Positions 9,070-16,121 of a DNA stretch of 64,000 nt are shown piece after piece. Position 1 is the stretch's first letter; every line of letters begins with the position of its first letter. The position numbers and the translations under genes were made by a program. Location: IMG/VR virus record IMGVR_UViG_3300020576_002141, positions 11,384 through 75,383 of that record; one strand, given 5' to 3'. The stretch comes from a virus (Duplodnaviria > Caudoviricetes). Under the pieces are notes generated by a model that saw only the letters and a list, made by a program, of their open reading frames with translations, made no database searches and was not told the DNA's origin.

Positions 9070-9138
9070 TGCGAGAAGTCTTGGTAGACAAGTGGCCTCA
9101 TAAGCCACCCAAAGAAGGTTCAACTCCTTCTCTCGCTA
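9070..9138 (+). tRNA. tRNA with CAU anticodon (Met or Ile2), atypical short D arm
   Basis: Acceptor (T)GCGAGA/TCTCGC(T); D arm GTCT-TGGT-AGAC; anticodon arm GTGGC-CTCATAA-GCCAC; T arm GAAGG-TTCAACT-CCTTC. Confidence 0.75.
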
Positions 9139-9151
9139 TTCGATATTTACA

Positions 9152-9220
9152 TGGTATAGCATAAACAATGCATGTTCTCTTATGAAGAATACGATGTGGG
9201 TGTAACTCCCGACTACCACC
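9152..9220 (+). tRNA. Degenerate tRNA-like element with UAU (Ile) anticodon
   Basis: D arm GCAT-AAACA-ATGC; anticodon arm GTTCT-CTTATGA-AGAAT; bulged T arm with TGTAACT loop; only 5-bp acceptor TGGTA/TACCA. Confidence 0.5.
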
Positions 9221-9244
9221 GGACTCAGTCCGGTATAAGTATCT

Positions 9245-9277
9245 GAGTTTATAGTCAGGCCAACGCCGTATAAACTT
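9245..9277 (+). ncRNA. Repeated structured RNA hairpin, copy 1
   Basis: GAGTTTATA-GTCAGGCCAACGCCG-TATAAACTT; 9-bp basal stem. Confidence 0.6.
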
Positions 9278-9292
9278 ATTATAAAATACTAT

Positions 9293-9363
9293 GCGCTCAT
9301 CGTCTAAGGGCAAGGCATACCCCACGGAGGGGTAAAATATAGGTTCGAATCCTGTTGGGCGTA
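9293..9363 (+). tRNA. tRNA with non-canonical anticodon loop (CGG in 7-nt register, A33; ACG-like Arg if shifted)
   Basis: Acceptor GCGCTCA/TGGGCGT; D arm GTC...GGC; anticodon arm TACCC-CACGGAG-GGGTA; T arm ATAGG-TTCGAAT-CCTGT. Confidence 0.7.
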
Positions 9364-9379
9364 GCAACAATAGTATAAA

Positions 9380-9412
9380 GAAGTTATAGTCAGGCCAACG
9401 CCGTGTAGCTTC
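9380..9412 (+). ncRNA. Repeated structured RNA hairpin, copy 2
   Basis: GAAGTTATA-GTCAGGCCAACGCCG-TGTAGCTTC; 9-bp basal stem; 21-nt core identical to copy 1. Confidence 0.6.
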
Positions 9413-9418
9413 ATTATT

Positions 9419-9450
9419 GCCCCCATAGTTTAGTTGGCTAGAACATCCGT
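9419..9450 (+). pseudogene. tRNA 5' half (positions ~1-31) with no 3' half
   Basis: GCCCCCA-TA-GTTT-AGTTGGCT-AGAAC-A-TCCGT gives an acceptor 5' strand, a D arm and an anticodon 5' strand; no anticodon loop, T arm or acceptor 3' strand follows. Confidence 0.6.
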
Positions 9451-9473
9451 AAAACTGAACAACGTATTTATAC

Positions 9474-9509
9474 CCTAAATAGTATATATCGAGTTCGATT
9501 ATTTAGGAG
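9474..9509 (+). promoter_or_regulatory. Late-promoter-like CTAAATA inside a hairpin that sequesters the SD of the downstream gene
   Basis: CCTAAATAG (9474-9482) pairs with TTATTTAGG (9499-9507), which overlaps SD TAGGAG (9504-9509). Confidence 0.6.
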
Positions 9510-9518
9510 CGTATAAAG

Positions 9519-10202
9519 ATGAAGTATCAGGAAATGATTGAAGCCAAAAAGCTTCGAAAAGAAGAAGGTATGTCTATCACCGAAATAGCAAAAAGACTCA
9601 ATGTTGCTAAAAGCAGCGTTAGTCTTTGGGTGCGAGATGTTCCTTTAACACCAAAACAGCAACGAGCCTTATTAGATAAAAATCCCATTCACAATAGACA
9701 ATTAAATGGATCAAGAGTCAGAAAAGAAAATGCGAAAAAATGCAGAGTTACGTATCAGGAGGAGGGTAAAGAAAAGGCTAAAGAAAAATCTTGGTTACAT
9801 ATGACGGGCTGTATGCTTTATTGGGCGGAAGGTTCAAAGGGGCGAAATGGTGTAGGATTTTGCAATACCGATGTACAAATGATGAAGCTTTTTATGAGAT
9901 TTCTTCGAGAAGAAATGAAGATAAATGAAGATAAATTTTGTTTTAGTATTAATATGTACGAAAACAATGGAATAACAGTCGAAAATGTCGAAAATTTCTG
10001 GTTAGATCAACTATCTCTTGATAAAAAATGCTTACGAAAATCTAGAGTTAATAAGTTACCGAAATCCAGCAAAGGATATAAAAAGAATAAGCATATTTAT
10101 GGAGTTGGAAACATAACAGTTAATGATACACACTTAGTTCAACATATTTATGGTGCTATACAAGAGTATGGTGGTTTCATAAATGAAATTTGGATAAAAT
10201 AA
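9519..10202 (+). CDS. HTH + LAGLIDADG-like putative homing endonuclease
   Basis: N-terminal HTH (GMSITEIAKRLNVAKSSVSLWV), then GCMLYWAEGSK...FCNTDVQMMKLFMRFL, a degenerate single LAGLIDADG-like motif; located inside the tRNA cluster. Confidence 0.7.
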   Translation: MKYQEMIEAKKLRKEEGMSITEIAKRLNVAKSSVSLWVRDVPLTPKQQRALLDKNPIHNRQLNGSRVRKENAKKCRVTYQEEGKEKAKEKSWLHMTGCMLYWAEGSKGRNGVGFCNTDVQMMKLFMRFLREEMKINEDKFCFSINMYENNGITVENVENFWLDQLSLDKKCLRKSRVNKLPKSSKGYKKNKHIYGVGNITVNDTHLVQHIYGAIQEYGGFINEIWIK

Positions 10203-10207
10203 TTTTC

Positions 10208-10282
10208 GGGGCAGAATACAAAGCGGATCGAGTAACATGACTTTCAATCATGTCATAATGGGTTCAAGTCCCATCTGCCTCA
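10208..10282 (+). tRNA. tRNA-Glu(UUC)
   Basis: Acceptor GGGGCAG/CTGCCTC; anticodon arm CATGA-CTTTCAA-TCATG; T arm ATGGG-TTCAAGT-CCCAT; A at position 8 and 3-bp D stem are atypical. Confidence 0.85.
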
Positions 10283-10310
10283 TTTACAGTTTGAATAGGG
10301 AAAAAATATT

Positions 10311-10499
10311 ATGAAAAATACTTCTTATCGTACCCGTGTTAGTATCCGTAGCAGTCAAACTCCGAGATTCTCGGGTGAGCTTATTCGTATGGAATATGAT
10401 CACCGCTTTGGTGAGCAATATTTAATCAAAACGTATCATCCAGATTGGGGCGAGGAATATTTCTGGATGAGAGAGAACGAAGTTAGATTTCAACGCTAA
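10311..10499 (+). CDS. Hypothetical protein
   Basis: 62-aa ORF between tRNAs, AGGG upstream. Confidence 0.6.
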   Translation: MKNTSYRTRVSIRSSQTPRFSGELIRMEYDHRFGEQYLIKTYHPDWGEEYFWMRENEVRFQR

Positions 10500-10505
10500 C
10501 TTATT

Positions 10506-10577
10506 GGCTTCATAGTTTAAATGGTAAAACATCTGTCTGTCTAACAGAAATCAGGAGTTCAATTCTCCTTGGAGCCG
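10506..10577 (+). tRNA. tRNA-Asp(GUC)
   Basis: Acceptor GGCTTCA/TGGAGCC; D arm GTTT...AAAC; anticodon arm TCTGT-CTGTCTA-ACAGA; T arm AGGAG-TTCAATT-CTCCT. Confidence 0.92.
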
Positions 10578-10592
10578 TTTGAGGAAAATATT

Positions 10593-10982
10593 ATGACGAA
10601 CTATATTACAAAAGATTTGAGTCCAAGAATAAGAAGATGTAATCTAGAACACGAAGAGAAATGGGCCGAATGGCTCAACAAGATACCATCCTTTTCTTTC
10701 TCGAATAAAGTATTCGTTACTATTATACCACCCTTTGGTGGTGCTCTTGCTCGCTTCCGAGTTACATTAAAATCAGACCAGAGCGTATCTGTATCTGTTT
10801 ATTTGGATGTAAATGAATCTCTTGGATATTACGATGGAAAGCCATATTGGGAGATTTACCCAGACATCACCAATGATGCTCAAAGATTTGATTTCAAAGA
10901 CACAGATGGAGTAATAAAATCTGTGATGAAATCTCTAAATAAGCAACATAGGGAAAACACAAAAGGAAAGTGTTCGCCGTAA
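10593..10982 (+). CDS. Hypothetical protein
   Basis: Start moved to ATG 10593 (GAGG SD), since the track start lies within tRNA-Asp. Confidence 0.7.
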   Translation: MTNYITKDLSPRIRRCNLEHEEKWAEWLNKIPSFSFSNKVFVTIIPPFGGALARFRVTLKSDQSVSVSVYLDVNESLGYYDGKPYWEIYPDITNDAQRFDFKDTDGVIKSVMKSLNKQHRENTKGKCSP

Positions 10983-10988
10983 ATCAAT

Positions 10989-11018
10989 GAGCATGGGCGT
11001 AAATCCCATGCTTGTTTT
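10989..11018 (+). terminator. Terminator-like hairpin
   Basis: GAGCATGGG-CGTAAAT-CCCATGCTT followed by GTTTT. Confidence 0.55.
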
Positions 11019-11549
11019 ATGAATATATTTGTGCTAGATAAAGATATACACAAATCTATAATGTCTTATAATGATAAACACATTGTCAAAATGCAGCTAG
11101 AATCCGCTCAGATGTTATGCACCGCTGTTGTGCTGTCTGGCGATGTTGCTCCATATAAACCAACTCACAAAAATCATCCTTGCTCTATTTGGGCAAGAGA
11201 ATCTTTGTCAAATTGGCTTTACTTGAGAGAAATGGCGTATATAATGGAAGACGAATGGCGCTATCGATATGATAAGCCAAAGTCTCATACCCACAAAGCC
11301 GTAGATGCTATTAGGACACTTATAATACCAAACATAGAAGACAAAGGATTAACTCCTTTTGCTATGGCCATGTCCGATAAGTATAAATCCGAAGATCCAA
11401 TTATGTCTTATAGAGCTTACTATACTCTAGAAAAGCAGACATATTATCGGAAAGGCAAGGTAATAGATCATACTTGGACGAGAAGAGAACGACCAGAGTG
11501 GATGGACTTTAATATATACTTAAAAGGATCTAATAATGCCAATGTATGA
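11019..11549 (+). CDS. denV: Pyrimidine-dimer DNA glycosylase (T4 endonuclease V-like)
   Basis: MNIFVLD...DKHIVKMQLESAQMLCTA...YKPTHKNHPCSIWARES. Confidence 0.85.
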   Translation: MNIFVLDKDIHKSIMSYNDKHIVKMQLESAQMLCTAVVLSGDVAPYKPTHKNHPCSIWARESLSNWLYLREMAYIMEDEWRYRYDKPKSHTHKAVDAIRTLIIPNIEDKGLTPFAMAMSDKYKSEDPIMSYRAYYTLEKQTYYRKGKVIDHTWTRRERPEWMDFNIYLKGSNNANV

Positions 11550-11799
11550 CTATTTGTGTAAAGAATGCGGACATAAATTTGAGCAGATGGAAAAAATCGA
11601 TAATCGTAAGGATCCAGAAAAATCTCCATGCCCATCTTGCGGTAAAAATGGAATAGAATTCCAAATCGGTGCTCCTGCTATAGGAGATTCTGTTAGAATG
11701 GGACTTACTAAACCAGATGGTGGATTCAGAGAAGTAATGGCTAAAGTTAAACAAAAGCACAAAGTAAATCAACTTAAAGATAGAAGATGGGGAAACTAA
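11536..11799 (+). CDS. FmdB-family Zn-ribbon protein
   Basis: MPMYDYLCKECGHKFE...CPSCG. Confidence 0.85.
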   Translation: MPMYDYLCKECGHKFEQMEKIDNRKDPEKSPCPSCGKNGIEFQIGAPAIGDSVRMGLTKPDGGFREVMAKVKQKHKVNQLKDRRWGN

Positions 11800-12516
11800 A
11801 TGAAATATGCTATAGGTGATATTCACGGTAATATAACAAAGTTAAAGATGCTTATATCTTCAATAGAAGGCAGAGGAGATATTACCAAATTGATATTTCT
11901 AGGAGATTACATTGATAGAGGAGATTATTCAGCAGAAACTATTTCGTTCCTCATTGAACTTTCTAAGAAATACGATTGTACATTCCTCAGAGGAAACCAT
12001 GATGATGTGTTTTGCTTCCTTCTTGATATTCCATGGTTTACTGAAATAGAGTATTTTGTGTCGAGAAAGAACCTATCTAAAACATTCTTGTATACTTGGT
12101 TCGCTCAGCATGGAATAAATGATACTCTTGAATCTTATAAGGTATTCGATAAGTATAGTATCGAACAAGTAACTGCTAATCCAAGCTTAATCAAAGAATG
12201 TATTCCAGCAGATCATATAGAGTTCTTCAAGAATACTGTTGTTCAATACGAAGACGATGATGTATATTGTTTCCATGCATTTCCTGGATCAGATTCTCAC
12301 TTGAAAATGTGGGGTCGATTTGAGAACCTAGAGATAGCAAAAGGACTAAAGTGTTCAAAACCACTATGCGTCGGGCATACTCCGGTTCAAGTTTATGGAG
12401 AACATGAACCTCTTATTATGAATAATGTTGTACTTCTAGATGGCTTATCATGGAAGCCAGAAGGATTCATAGCAGCTTATTGTGTGACTGATAAATCTTT
12501 GACATACGTAACATGA
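11800..12516 (+). CDS. Calcineurin-like metallophosphoesterase (Ser/Thr phosphatase-like)
   Basis: GDIHG, GDYIDRG, GNHD, FHA and GHTP motifs. Confidence 0.9.
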   Translation: MKYAIGDIHGNITKLKMLISSIEGRGDITKLIFLGDYIDRGDYSAETISFLIELSKKYDCTFLRGNHDDVFCFLLDIPWFTEIEYFVSRKNLSKTFLYTWFAQHGINDTLESYKVFDKYSIEQVTANPSLIKECIPADHIEFFKNTVVQYEDDDVYCFHAFPGSDSHLKMWGRFENLEIAKGLKCSKPLCVGHTPVQVYGEHEPLIMNNVVLLDGLSWKPEGFIAAYCVTDKSLTYVT

Positions 12517-13187
12517 ATATTATAGACCTCGATAAAATAGAGATTCCTGGAGCTGGTAGATTTTACCGATCTCCGACTACAAAATTATGGTATCCTTCTA
12601 TTACCACAGTTACTGGGCACGCTAAAGCCCAGTTCTTCAATGAATGGAGAAAAAAACCCGGCAATGATAAGGTTCTTTCTCAGGCTGCCAAAACTGGAAC
12701 AGCAGTCCATAGTATTATAGAAAAATACTTAAATAAAGACGAAAGCTTTGATTCTAAGAAGTTTACTTTAATGGATAAGTTACTATTTCATCAGATAAAA
12801 CCAGAAATAGATAAGATAACTGATATTGTACTTCAAGAAAAAAGTCTATTCTCTGATTTAGCAAAGGTAGCCGGACGAGTAGACTGTATAGGTATGTACG
12901 ATGGAAAGTTATCGGTAATCGACTTCAAGACATCCAGAAAGCAGAAGAAAGCAGAATGGATTTCTAACTACTTTCAGCAAGCTACTGGTTACGCAATAAT
13001 GTATGAAGAAATGACAGGTCAGAAAATAGATGATATAGTTATTCTTATGACCTGCGATGATGGTGAAATACAAGTATTTAAAGAAAAATCAAAGGATCAC
13101 GTAGAACCTTTGTTTCAAACCATAAAATCATATTGGTCATCTAGAAGTTTCAGAAAATTACAGGAGTCGATCAATGAGGGAAACTAA
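12513..13187 (+). CDS. PD-(D/E)XK (Cas4-like/RecB-family) phage exonuclease
   Basis: YPSITTV, GTAVHSIIEKYL, AGRVDCIG, IDFKTS, YFQQATGYA. Confidence 0.88.
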   Translation: MNIIDLDKIEIPGAGRFYRSPTTKLWYPSITTVTGHAKAQFFNEWRKKPGNDKVLSQAAKTGTAVHSIIEKYLNKDESFDSKKFTLMDKLLFHQIKPEIDKITDIVLQEKSLFSDLAKVAGRVDCIGMYDGKLSVIDFKTSRKQKKAEWISNYFQQATGYAIMYEEMTGQKIDDIVILMTCDDGEIQVFKEKSKDHVEPLFQTIKSYWSSRSFRKLQESINEGN

Positions 13188-14181
13188 GTTAGATTTTTGT
13201 GACGTATTGATGGTTCCCCAGCAGTCTGACTTGGACTCTAGATCTAAAGTAACTTTGGAGCGCACATTTACATTCAAAAATGGGCATAGCTTTACTGCTT
13301 TACCTATAGTTGCTTCTAATATGGATACAGTAGGCACCGTTAGTATGGCAAAAGCCTTTAGACCATTTAAGGCCCTTGTGGCTTTACATAAGCACTATAA
13401 AGATTACGTTTATGTAGAATCTATATTTGGCGAACAAATCAATAACGTTTTCTTTACTGTGGGTGTTCAGGATACCGAAAGAGATAGGGTAAAGAAGTGT
13501 GTTAGACTACCCGGTTCTCATCCTTTGTTAATGATAGATGCTGCGAATGGATATATTCCAGCTATGAGGGAGAGTATTAGATATTATAAGGATATCTATC
13601 CATGGATGGTTATTTGCGCCGGCAACGTAGCATCGCCGGAAGGCGTGGAGTTATTAGCCGATGCTGGAGCTGATATTATTAAAATAGGTATTGGTTCTGG
13701 TAAGTTATGTAACACCAGACTAAAAACTGGAATAGGATACCCTCAGTTTTCTTTGATTCAAGATTGTAGACTAGCAGCTAACGAAAAGAAAGTATACTTG
13801 ATGTCTGATGGAGGCATTGAGAATCCCGGGGATATAGCCAAAGCCTTTGGTATCGGTGCTGATTTTGTTATGCTAGGAAGTATGCTGGCTGGGCACGAAG
13901 AATGTGAAGTCGCGTTTCACAAAGAAGAAGATGAAGAATACATGACATGTTATGGTATGAGTTCTTCTACAGCAATGGGCAAATATCACGGTGGAGTCGC
14001 ATCTCATAGGACATGCGAAGGTCGAACGTTATCTATAAAGAAAAAAGGACTAGTTGCGAATACCATCAAAGATATATGTGGGGGATTGCGCTCTGCTGGT
14101 ACATACTTAAACGCAAGCAACTTAGAAGAGTTTTCAAAGAAAGCTTGGTTTATTCAAGTAAATAGACAAGTTAATCATTAA
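13174..14181 (+). CDS. guaC: GMP reductase
   Basis: KLDFCDVLMVPQQS.L.SRS.V, PIVASNMDTVGT, IDAANGY, AGNVA, KIGIGSGKLCNTRLKTGIGYPQ, SDGG, GADFVMLGSMLAGHEE, GGLRSAGTY. Confidence 0.9.
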   Translation: MRETKLDFCDVLMVPQQSDLDSRSKVTLERTFTFKNGHSFTALPIVASNMDTVGTVSMAKAFRPFKALVALHKHYKDYVYVESIFGEQINNVFFTVGVQDTERDRVKKCVRLPGSHPLLMIDAANGYIPAMRESIRYYKDIYPWMVICAGNVASPEGVELLADAGADIIKIGIGSGKLCNTRLKTGIGYPQFSLIQDCRLAANEKKVYLMSDGGIENPGDIAKAFGIGADFVMLGSMLAGHEECEVAFHKEEDEEYMTCYGMSSSTAMGKYHGGVASHRTCEGRTLSIKKKGLVANTIKDICGGLRSAGTYLNASNLEEFSKKAWFIQVNRQVNH

Positions 14182-14190
14182 GGAAATATT

Positions 14191-14424
14191 ATGAGTTCTA
14201 TTTTGAAGTTTACAGAAAACAGTTTTTCGACTCTCGTAGAAGAAATGGTTATCAAGAGAGGTATGTCATATATTGAATCCGTTTTATTCATATGCGAGAG
14301 AGAAAATCTAGAGCCTGATTCCGTTGGAAGTTTATTATCAACTCCTATTAAAGAAAAGTTGAAGATAGAAGGACAAGAGATTAACATAATCAAGAAATCC
14401 ACACCTCCTCTGAGTTTCTTATGA
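14191..14424 (+). CDS. gp33: Late transcription coactivator (T4 gp33-like)
   Basis: FSTLVEEMVIKRGMSYIESVLFICERENLEPDSVGSLLSTPIKEKLKIEG; synteny with gp59 and gp32. Confidence 0.85.
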   Translation: MSSILKFTENSFSTLVEEMVIKRGMSYIESVLFICERENLEPDSVGSLLSTPIKEKLKIEGQEINIIKKSTPPLSFL

Positions 14425-15053
14425 ATATGACACCGTTCGATGCTTATAGAACATATCTTGGAATTAAACGATATTTTATGAGCGAAAAAACAACGGTTGT
14501 TTCTGCTCCTAGAAATGTCAAGTATGAAACCTTCGAGAGAAGGAATGACGCTAAGTTATTCCACTCTTTGTGTAAAAAGTATCATAGTGACAAGGATATC
14601 GTTAACTTATATGTTTCAAATATGTTGGTTTACACTGACTGCTGGGTTGGGGATTTGTTAAGTGAGGAATGTGAAGCAAACTATAAAGAATGGAAAAGAA
14701 GATCAGAGAGTTTGGATTACATGTTCGAAATAGATCTCGGAGTTATTGCCGAGTTTCTGAGTAACAATAATCTCAAGTTCAAAGATTTGTTTACCCCTAG
14801 TGAATCTTCTATTCCTCATATAACTAAGTTGCTTTTGAAAAAGATGATTATTCCAGAGACTTATACCATATTGGATATTTTGATAAATTTTAGCAAGCCA
14901 CTTGACTCCTATTATTCGACGAATATAGTATGGAAGACTCTTACTAATCGCTTCAATAAATACAAAGCTTTCATGACTATTTCAACAGAACAGGAAAAAA
15001 AGTATAGAAAGATCGTGTTTATGAAAATGAAGCAGGCTAGGATAGATATATAA
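14421..15053 (+). CDS. gp59: Helicase loader (T4 gp59-like)
   Basis: MTPFDAYRTYLGIKRYF...FERRND...WVGDL...Y..WK.R..SL.Y.F. Confidence 0.88.
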   Translation: MNMTPFDAYRTYLGIKRYFMSEKTTVVSAPRNVKYETFERRNDAKLFHSLCKKYHSDKDIVNLYVSNMLVYTDCWVGDLLSEECEANYKEWKRRSESLDYMFEIDLGVIAEFLSNNNLKFKDLFTPSESSIPHITKLLLKKMIIPETYTILDILINFSKPLDSYYSTNIVWKTLTNRFNKYKAFMTISTEQEKKYRKIVFMKMKQARIDI

Positions 15054-15134
15054 TAGTAAAAGGAGATATATTCAAAAAAAAAAACAGTAGACAGAAAAGT
15101 AAAATAAAACATACACAAACAAAGGAAATAACAA

Positions 15135-16067
15135 ATGGGTAATTTTTCAGATTTCAAGAAAAAGTCAAAGGATTCGGTAACGTTCTTAACTTCTAAGGTG
15201 GAAGAGTTAAACTCTAAAACATCTTATGCTACGGATGATAGATTCTGGTCTCTCACCCGCGATGAAAAAACAGGCAACGGACTAGCTATCATACGCTTCC
15301 TTCCTGCTCCAGAAAACGAAGATCTTCCCTTCTCTCGCTTCTATAGCCACGGTTTCAAAGGACCCGAGGGTAAGTGGTATTATGAAAATTGTCCTACGAC
15401 CATTGGTGGTAAGTGCCCCGTATGCGAAGAGAACAATAAGCTTTGGAACTCTGGGTTAGATTCTGACAAGAAGATCGCCAGAGGACGCAAGAGAAAGCTG
15501 ACTTACGTTTCTAACATTTACATTATCAAGGATCCAAAGAATCCTGATAATGAAGGTAAGTGCTTCCTTTACAGATACGGTGCTAAGATTTGGGAGAAGA
15601 TCAACAACTCCATGAATCCTACCGAAGAGGAACTAGCAACCGATATCGAACCATGTAATCCGTTCGATTTCTGGACTGGTAGAACGTTTACTCTTAAGAG
15701 CAAGCTAGTAAAGACCGGAAGCGAATCATATCCTAACTATGATGATTCTGGATTCCTGGTTGCGTCTCCATTGCTAAACGGCGATGATAAGCAACTAGAA
15801 GCATTATGGAAGAAGCAATATCCATTGGTTCCATTTACCGATGCTTCTATGTTCAAGTCATATGATGAGCTTAGAGCTAGATATAACGAAGTACTGGAGA
15901 TTCCAGCTAACTTCACACCTGCTCCTCCTGCTGCGTCTCAGCCTGCTAGACAAGCTAGCAAGCCTGCTCCGGCTCCGTCTGTTAAGAAGGAGAGCGCACC
16001 GTTTGATACAGCTGACGATATTGATAGCGCGTTGGCTAGATTTAAGAGCTTGAGCGAAGAAGAATAA
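15135..16067 (+). CDS. gp32: Single-stranded DNA-binding protein (T4 gp32-like)
   Basis: DDRFW...GNGLAIIRFLPAP, HGFKGPEGKWYYENCPTTIGGKCPVCE, RKRKLTYVSNIYIIKDPKNP, NPFDFWTG, acidic tail. Confidence 0.96.
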   Translation: MGNFSDFKKKSKDSVTFLTSKVEELNSKTSYATDDRFWSLTRDEKTGNGLAIIRFLPAPENEDLPFSRFYSHGFKGPEGKWYYENCPTTIGGKCPVCEENNKLWNSGLDSDKKIARGRKRKLTYVSNIYIIKDPKNPDNEGKCFLYRYGAKIWEKINNSMNPTEEELATDIEPCNPFDFWTGRTFTLKSKLVKTGSESYPNYDDSGFLVASPLLNGDDKQLEALWKKQYPLVPFTDASMFKSYDELRARYNEVLEIPANFTPAPPAASQPARQASKPAPAPSVKKESAPFDTADDIDSALARFKSLSEEE

Positions 16068-16088
16068 TTCGCAATAGAATACTAAATC

Positions 16089-16121
16089 AAAACACCAGAG
16101 AGAAATCTCTGGTGTTTTTTT
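16089..16121. terminator. Bidirectional intrinsic terminator
   Basis: AAAACACCAGAGA-GAAA-TCTCTGGTGTTTT between convergent genes. Confidence 0.88.

Noticed and set aside
9221-9277. Theta/HDV-like ribozyme downstream of a tRNA
   Set aside because: GGACTCAG/CTGAGTTT can pair, but the P2/P3/P1.1 nested pseudoknot and J4/2 catalytic C pattern could not be built.
9098-9370. 90-aa minus-strand ORF
   Set aside because: It is the antisense of the tRNA genes (GFEP, RVELP-type shadow translation).
9249-9404. CRISPR mini-array (21-bp direct repeat)
   Set aside because: Only two copies, a 114-nt interval that is a tRNA, and no cas operon.
9208-9412. Group I intron (AAGTTATAGTC resembles the P7/S strand; GACTA at 9211)
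   Set aside because: The second copy has no upstream GACTA partner, there is no room for P3-P6, and each TATAGTC is better explained by its own local 9-bp stem.
12513-13187. Cas4 as evidence of a CRISPR system
   Set aside because: This is the standard stand-alone PD-(D/E)XK exonuclease of T4-like phages; there is no array and no other cas gene.
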